Of a DNA stretch of 25,557 bases, positions 19,531 through 25,557 are shown one piece after another. The translations under genes were made by a program, and so were the position numbers. This stretch comes from Nitrososphaeraceae archaeon (GTDB taxonomy: Archaea > Thermoproteota > Nitrososphaeria > Nitrososphaerales > Nitrososphaeraceae), in contig DATFEP010000053.1 of NCBI GenBank assembly GCA_035250975.1, forward strand, positions 1-25,557. The letters are read 5' to 3'. The number at the start of each line of letters is the position of its first letter. Position 1 is the stretch's first letter. Under the pieces are notes generated by a model, which worked only from the letters and a program-made list of their open reading frames with translations, was not told the origin of the DNA and did not search any database.

Positions 19531-20568
19531 TTATTCAGATAATTTCTTTTTTTTAGAAGTAATCCCCTTATCGACTGTTATTCTCATCAAGACAATCCAC
19601 ATTATAATCAATGGAATATGATAAGAGGCAATTCTCCAAGATATTATTACTTTTAAATGCGAATCTCCTAAAACATCATTTAATGATGGTATATGATTGA
19701 GACCAGAAACATACGCCCAAAGACCCAGTTCTGTTATCCCGGATCCTCCAACAGTTATTGGTAGACTGCCTAGCTGGGTCGAAGCAGCAGTAGCTAGTAT
19801 TGAATCAAATAATCCCAAATTGGATTCTACCAATTCCCCTAATATTAAAAACGACGCTCCGTGACATACAAATGCTAAAAATGTAAGAAAAATACCAACA
19901 AAGAATATCTTTAATGTTTTTGAGGAGTTAAAATTTTCTTTGCTCATAGTACAGAGCTCACGGATAGCAGAATTTGTATAATTGATAATTTTACCTGATC
20001 TTTCCTTAGACAAAAACTTTTTAATTAATTTTGTAACGAAATTAGGCAATTGAATGTCATATTTGGCTGAAAAAATAACTACCAGTAACCAAAAACCTAA
20101 AACCAAAACAGAGACCAAAATTGTGATAAGACCTATCAATGTTGCCCCATGATAAAGGGCGATTATTCCCGCAATCAATGCAAGAGTCGTTCCAACAAAT
20201 ACGTCAGCAATTATTTCCATTGTAGCAATCCATGCAGCTATACCAGCAGGAACATTATTTCGTGTCAACCAAGCAATTCTAATAATTTCTCCACCAACAT
20301 ATGAAGGAGTTGTGTTGGTAACGAATTCACTGCCTACTCTTATTGACATAAGTTTGGAGGTAGAAGAGATTTTATATCCCAAAAAATTGTCCACAAAATA
20401 TTTAAACCTATATGATTGTAAAAATATCTTCCCTAAACTAAAGATGACCGAAAGGATAAAAGGAAACAATCCAACACTAAAGATATCATTTATTGATATC
20501 GGAGAGAAAATGAACAATAAAATGATAGGAAGAAGACTAACAATAATCGCTATGAACCGCCAGTTCAA
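19531..20568 (-). CDS. Lysylphosphatidylglycerol synthase TM / flippase-like (UPF0104) membrane protein
   Basis: Multiple TM segments; TPSYVGGEIIR, E..AD, LPITVGGSGITE and WR..SY motifs. Confidence 0.9.
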   Translation of the reverse strand: MNWRFIAIIVSLLPIILLFIFSPISINDIFSVGLFPFILSVIFSLGKIFLQSYRFKYFVDNFLGYKISSTSKLMSIRVGSEFVTNTTPSYVGGEIIRIAWLTRNNVPAGIAAWIATMEIIADVFVGTTLALIAGIIALYHGATLIGLITILVSVLVLGFWLLVVIFSAKYDIQLPNFVTKLIKKFLSKERSGKIINYTNSAIRELCTMSKENFNSSKTLKIFFVGIFLTFLAFVCHGASFLILGELVESNLGLFDSILATAASTQLGSLPITVGGSGITELGLWAYVSGLNHIPSLNDVLGDSHLKVIISWRIASYHIPLIIMWIVLMRITVDKGITSKKKKLSE

Positions 20569-20722
20569 TATCTCTAATCAGTAAACTAATTTAGGTATAT
20601 AATAATCAATCAATTTAATAATATAATTTTTGATTAATTGATTTTACCATGACATCATACCTATATCCTACAGGAAGATATTAATTAAAATCCTGATATT
20701 TGAAAATTAAACATAATTTCAT

Positions 20723-21481
20723 ATGAATACGATTTTTATTACTGGAACTGCTGGCTCCGGAAAGTCATTATTAACTTCTAGGCTTGACCAATGGTATAAA
20801 GCTCGTGACAATTTATCGATTACACTGAATTTGGATCCGGCAGTAGAGAATTTACCATATAATCCAGATATAGATATTCGAGATTACATAGATATCAATG
20901 AGTTAAAAGAGAGATATAGTTTGGGACCAAATGGTTCGATAATCATGGCATATGATTTGGCTGCGACAAAGATCGGAGAGATGCAAATAGAGATAGACAG
21001 ATTAAGTCCAGATTACGTATTAGTCGATACTCCTGGTCAAATCGAACTTTTTTCCTATCGATCCAGTGGACCCTATATCGTTGCTAATATTAATTCAGAA
21101 AATAAGGCAACAATATTTTTGATGGATGGGGTTTTGGTTTCCTCACCAATAAATTTTGTATCACTATCACTTTTATCTGCATCAATTAATCTAAGATTAA
21201 GAACACCGCAAATTAATGTATTATCAAAAAAAGATTTAATTTTGAATGATTTAGAGAATATTTTGAAATGGTCATCTTCTGATTCAGCTCTAAGAGAAGC
21301 ATTAGATAAAGAAAACGATTTTGAGTTTTCATTACTTAGCAAGGATATTATTAGAAATCTTTCTGAAAATGCTCTGGGTAATGAATTGATTGCAGTCTCA
21401 AATGTAACCATGAATGGATTTATAGATCTATCTGCCACATTATCAAGAATACTTAATCAAGGGGAAGAAATTCAATATTGA
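20723..21481 (+). CDS. GPN-loop GTPase
   Basis: GTAGSGKS, NLDPA, LGPNG, DTPGQIELF and NVLSKKD. Confidence 0.95.
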   Translation: MNTIFITGTAGSGKSLLTSRLDQWYKARDNLSITLNLDPAVENLPYNPDIDIRDYIDINELKERYSLGPNGSIIMAYDLAATKIGEMQIEIDRLSPDYVLVDTPGQIELFSYRSSGPYIVANINSENKATIFLMDGVLVSSPINFVSLSLLSASINLRLRTPQINVLSKKDLILNDLENILKWSSSDSALREALDKENDFEFSLLSKDIIRNLSENALGNELIAVSNVTMNGFIDLSATLSRILNQGEEIQY

Positions 21482-21483
21482 TC

Positions 21484-22443
21484 ATGACAGAAAGTTTGTG
21501 TATCGCTACTGCACCTTCTTCCACAGCTAATCTGGGTCCGGGATTTGATACTTTTGGATTGGCCTTAAACCTATTTGAAGATGAGGTTAAAGTGATAAAG
21601 AAACAATCAACGAATCAAAAAATTACAATAAATAAAATTATACAATCAGAACCAAAAATTCCCATAGAAATAGAACATAATTCTTCTAGCATTGTAGTTA
21701 AAAAAATGGCAGAAGATTTTAGGATACAAAATGATATAGAAATAGAGATTAAAAAAAGTGTCCCAGCAGGTTATGGCATTGGTAGTAGTGCTGCTTCTTC
21801 AGTTGCCGCAGCATATGCATTTAATAAATTATTTGCGCTACAACTCGACATGAAGAGGTTGGTGGAGTACGCGGCCGAAGGAGAGATCGCTTCTGCAGGT
21901 ACCAAACATTATGACAATGTTGCATGTTCATTGCTAGGGGGATTTGTAATAGTAAGAACTTTTCCAAAAATTGATTTAATAAAAATCGAACCACCAAATG
22001 ATCTCAATATTGTAGTAGGAATACCAAAGATACCAGTACCAAAAAAAAAGACAGAAGCCGCAAGAAATATACTTCCACAGAGTGTGCCATTAGAAAATGT
22101 TATTAAAAACATAGCTAATGCTAGCACCCTGGTTGCGGGATTTGCTTTAAATGATGTAGAAATGATTTCTAGAGGTATGGAAGATACGATAGTAGAACCT
22201 GTGAGAAAGAAAATGATTCCAGGATATGATATTGTGAAAAAATACGCTCTTGATGCAGGTGCATTAGCTTTCACCATTAGTGGTGCAGGTCCATCAATTG
22301 TAGCAATACTAAAAACGGACAAAAATTCAGATAAGATCATTAATGCGATTGAAAAAGGATTTAATGATTCAAATATAAAGAACGAGGTTTACCTATGTAA
22401 ACCCAGTGATGGTGCAAAGGTTATACAAACAAATGAATATTGA
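21484..22443 (+). CDS. thrB: Homoserine kinase (ATG 21484 preferred over TTG 21478)
   Basis: PSSTANLGPGFD, GYGIGSSAAS, HYDNVA and ISGAGPS. Confidence 0.96.
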   Translation: MTESLCIATAPSSTANLGPGFDTFGLALNLFEDEVKVIKKQSTNQKITINKIIQSEPKIPIEIEHNSSSIVVKKMAEDFRIQNDIEIEIKKSVPAGYGIGSSAASSVAAAYAFNKLFALQLDMKRLVEYAAEGEIASAGTKHYDNVACSLLGGFVIVRTFPKIDLIKIEPPNDLNIVVGIPKIPVPKKKTEAARNILPQSVPLENVIKNIANASTLVAGFALNDVEMISRGMEDTIVEPVRKKMIPGYDIVKKYALDAGALAFTISGAGPSIVAILKTDKNSDKIINAIEKGFNDSNIKNEVYLCKPSDGAKVIQTNEY

Positions 22444-22512
22444 TAATGATTATTTTGTATTTAGAATCTTTTATTAGTGACTATTATTGCTATTCATTCA
22501 TTAGTTCTAATT

Positions 22513-23376
22513 TTACTTCTTTTTACTTTTATTTAAAAATGCTGACATAAGTTTTTGTCTATCTTCATGTGCAAAACATAGCGCCCATGCATATATTTCC
22601 ATTCTTAGGCCTGAATCAATATCCATGTCCATACCCTTGTTAATTAGCAACTTGCTAGCTTTGATAGCATTATAACTGTTCTTTGTGATTTCCTTTGTTA
22701 GAGAAATAGCTTGATTAAGTAACTTGGTATTTAGAACTTTTGCGATTTCTTTTTCTCTTTCCTTTACCTTAACTACATCATCTTGAGGCGCTTCATCCGG
22801 GATAGTGTCTTCATGAGTTAATTTTACTAAAATGTTTACTAATCCTATTTCGTAAGCTTCTTCTGCACTAATCATCTTTCCAGTAAAAATCAATTCTTTC
22901 GCTTTGGATGGTCCCACTATTCTTAGAAGTCTTTGCGTACCACCCCAGCCAGGGGGTATGCCTATTGTTACTTCTGGTTGTCCTATTTTTGCGTTAGATG
23001 AGGCGATTCGAATATCACAAACGAGAGCTAACTCACATCCGCCACCCAATGCAAACCCATTTACAGCAGCGATTACTGGTTTTTCTAATTTTTCAATCTT
23101 GTTCAACACTGATTGAGCAGAAGATGCATACTTTTCTGCCTCTACAGGATTGATATTAACCATATAAGCGATATCGGCTCCAGCACAGAATGATCTTTCG
23201 CCAGAGCCTGTTATAATAACTGCCTTAATAGATTCGTCTGCCCCAACAATATCAATAGTTTTAGATAAATCCCGTATTACATCAAGATTCATAGAATTTA
23301 ACGCATCAGGTCTGTTGATCTTAATAATTGCAATTTCACCCATAGGTTCCAGAAGAACATATTTCATGGTAGACAT
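22513..23376 (-). CDS. Enoyl-CoA hydratase (probable crotonyl-CoA hydratase / 3-hydroxypropionyl-CoA dehydratase of the 3HP/4HB cycle)
   Basis: INRPDALN, FCAGADI, AVNGFALGGGCELA and GQPEVTIGIPPGWGGTQRL; both catalytic Glu residues present. Confidence 0.92.
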   Translation of the reverse strand: MSTMKYVLLEPMGEIAIIKINRPDALNSMNLDVIRDLSKTIDIVGADESIKAVIITGSGERSFCAGADIAYMVNINPVEAEKYASSAQSVLNKIEKLEKPVIAAVNGFALGGGCELALVCDIRIASSNAKIGQPEVTIGIPPGWGGTQRLLRIVGPSKAKELIFTGKMISAEEAYEIGLVNILVKLTHEDTIPDEAPQDDVVKVKEREKEIAKVLNTKLLNQAISLTKEITKNSYNAIKASKLLINKGMDMDIDSGLRMEIYAWALCFAHEDRQKLMSAFLNKSKKK

Positions 23377-23507
23377 AATATTATTCGATTATCATACATA
23401 AATTAAAGTTTATTGAATAAAATATGGTTAAATTAAATAAATTATAGAATCAAGCGTACAAAATTAATAGCTGTGATATAATCTGCAAAAAAATATTAAA
23501 ATGATAT

Positions 23508-25214
23508 TTATGCTCCAGCCATACCGCTTCTTAATTCTACCACCTTATGATCTTCCATTTCACTTTCTGCAGTGGCCTTGTGCATTTCTGATAATGCGCA
23601 ACCCATTTGTGCCTCTGGTTTACCACGTCTCATTAATCCTCGATACAGTCCAGCTTCTAACGTTTCACCGTGAGCTTTTTCCCACTCTTCAACTGGAATA
23701 CTGTATTTCTTTTGAATTCTATCTCTATACCACTCTGGAATAACATTGAATGCACAGAAAGGCACTATTCTAAGATCTGGTGTCAAATAATGAATATCGC
23801 ATCTTTGTAATCTTTCTAAATCTTCATTATATTTATCTTGGAAATGCATCATACCAAGGAAAAGTGATCTAACATGCCATGAACCCACTGCATCAAAATT
23901 ACGTTTTAATAATATGCTAGAAAACATCCTCGCTAAATTCAATCCATGAGGTTGCTTTGTTTTATCTACAAATTGATTTAATTTACGTACAACTTCTAGC
24001 GTTGTCCAGTATCTATTAGCACCGGAACGTATTTCGTCGGCCTTTTCTTCAAAGTATTCCAATAAGCCCTTAATATCTACAAAAGAGGTTAGTGGAGTTA
24101 ATTTTTTAGTTTGGACATCTTCGAATACATATGTACCTGCACCACAAGCAAAGTGAATAGATAACTCGTATTTTGGTTTTTTACTGAATGCTTCAATTAC
24201 ATCAGTCATTGGCATACAAGATGGAACTGGGAACCAAGAATCTGTTGAAATTTCACCATTGGTTTGTTCTTCGATTCGTTCAATACAATCAGGGATTGTT
24301 ATCCTATATTTTTCTCGTTCCTTTTTGTTCATTCTACCAGTAAGTGATACTGGTTGGAAGTTGACTGCATGAACAACATCCATGTTCTTTTGAGCATATC
24401 TAATTATTCCTCCCAATTCGTGATCGTTTATAGATTTTATTACAGTTGGAACAAAAACCACGGTCATTCCACACTTTCGTGCAGATTCAAGAGTATATGG
24501 TATCTCCCAATGGTTTTTAGGATTAGTCCGCGGAGTAACACCATCAAAAGAAAGGTAAAGATTGCTTACACCAGCTGTTCTTACTTGACGCATTGTTTCT
24601 GGAGACATTGCTAACTTGATACCATTAGTATTTAATTGAACATGATCTACTCCTTCTTCCTTCATAATTTTTATTACTTCGGTTATGTCATCGCGTAACA
24701 TTGGTTCACCACCAGTTATTTGAATTGAATTTCCTGCTATTGGTCTTTCTGCTTTAAGGGTTTTCATCATGGCTCTAATTTGTTCATAGTTAGGTTCATA
24801 GAGATATGCACCTTCAAGACCCTTTTTGACATAAAAGAAACAATACCAACATGTCAAATCACATCTGTTGGTGACTATCATGTTAGATAATCCAGAATGT
24901 GATAAATGATTTGTACATAATCCACAATTTGTTGGACATGCACATTTATCTACCATAACATTGGGAGCATGAGCACCTTTACCATCTTTCCAATAAGTAC
25001 TAAACTTTTTGTACATGTCAACAGAACCAAAGTACAATTCTTCACATTCACCATGTGATGGACAGGTCTTAGTCATGAAGACTTTACCATCCCTTTCAAA
25101 TACTTCTGCATCTAAGATCATATTACAATCCGGACATATACTTTGGGTATATCTGATGGTTTTTTTAGTTGTAGAAACCTTTTTCGTAACATTAGATATC
25201 TGTATTAATTCCAT
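23508..25214 (-). CDS. tes: Tetraether lipid synthase (Tes / GDGT-MAS), radical SAM
   Basis: N-terminal CPDC...CPSHG, CPTNCGLCTNH, radical SAM CDLTCWYC, TGGEPM, and C-terminal HFQD.YN.DLERLQRC...PFCAFN. Confidence 0.9.
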   Translation of the reverse strand: MELIQISNVTKKVSTTKKTIRYTQSICPDCNMILDAEVFERDGKVFMTKTCPSHGECEELYFGSVDMYKKFSTYWKDGKGAHAPNVMVDKCACPTNCGLCTNHLSHSGLSNMIVTNRCDLTCWYCFFYVKKGLEGAYLYEPNYEQIRAMMKTLKAERPIAGNSIQITGGEPMLRDDITEVIKIMKEEGVDHVQLNTNGIKLAMSPETMRQVRTAGVSNLYLSFDGVTPRTNPKNHWEIPYTLESARKCGMTVVFVPTVIKSINDHELGGIIRYAQKNMDVVHAVNFQPVSLTGRMNKKEREKYRITIPDCIERIEEQTNGEISTDSWFPVPSCMPMTDVIEAFSKKPKYELSIHFACGAGTYVFEDVQTKKLTPLTSFVDIKGLLEYFEEKADEIRSGANRYWTTLEVVRKLNQFVDKTKQPHGLNLARMFSSILLKRNFDAVGSWHVRSLFLGMMHFQDKYNEDLERLQRCDIHYLTPDLRIVPFCAFNVIPEWYRDRIQKKYSIPVEEWEKAHGETLEAGLYRGLMRRGKPEAQMGCALSEMHKATAESEMEDHKVVELRSGMAGA

Positions 25215-25399
25215 AATCTATCTTCCTGTAAATCGATTGATCTAAATTCTCTTAATATATAAAGATAATAATATAAATAATAAGGTGATTAGGTAAGTAA
25301 TAAAAAAATTCAAAATTATTTTAGAATTTAATCTAATATATAAAAAAAAGTCATTTGAGATAAAAAATATCGATAATTGTTTGTTTTGATTTAGACGTG

Positions 25400-25557
25400 T
25401 TATCCGTATTGTACATGTCCACTCTTCATTCCAGGTTTCATCTCTCTTTGATTCTTTACCTTTCTTACTGCGTCTTCAAAGTGACGCATTGTGACCTTGG
25501 CTTCCACGGTATGTTTTGATGCTTCTTCAGGTGTAGGATATTTTGCTATGTATTCAT
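25400..25557 (-). CDS. cdc48: C-terminus of CDC48/VCP-family AAA ATPase (partial)
   Basis: Translates to EYIAKYPTPEEASKHTVEAKVTMRHFEDAVRKVK...HVQYG*, with the V.M.HF..A motif and an HbYX-like tail. Confidence 0.8.
   Translation of the reverse strand, partial: EYIAKYPTPEEASKHTVEAKVTMRHFEDAVRKVKNQREMKPGMKSGHVQYG

Noticed and set aside
1846-25245. Short antisense ORFs in the track (e.g. 1846-2031, 6459-6797, 20312-20584, 21073-21438, 21909-22340, 25009-25245)
   Set aside because: Shadow frames overlapping well-supported genes.

Overview
AT-rich chromosomal window from an ammonia-oxidising archaeon (Nitrososphaerota, most likely soil group I.1b / Nitrososphaeraceae, judged from the 16S sequence and gene content). 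In order it holds: the 5' half of a 16S rRNA gene (minus strand); a hemL-like aminotransferase; two membrane proteins; a decaying glycosylation cluster (intact GT2 plus frameshifted GT4-like and SAM-methyltransferase pseudogenes) next to a degraded IS630 transposase; a GGR-like flavoprotein; a secreted beta-helix protein; aIF2-alpha and nop10 (nop10 is missing from the ORF track); a 1.6 kb non-coding stretch with a probable IS630-type MITE and a hairpin cluster; cobO; an MtrA-like corrinoid-domain gene; a dimeric dUTPase; a rhodanese; family-4 UDG; an RNase HI remnant; a flippase-like protein; a GPN GTPase; thrB; an enoyl-CoA hydratase; tetraether synthase (Tes); and the 3' end of cdc48. The best novelty candidate is a lipoyl-carrier (GcvH/LbpA-like)-TusA fusion gene convergent with a rhodanese, which suggests a compact sulfur relay. 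All calls are by eye from motifs; no database searches were run.
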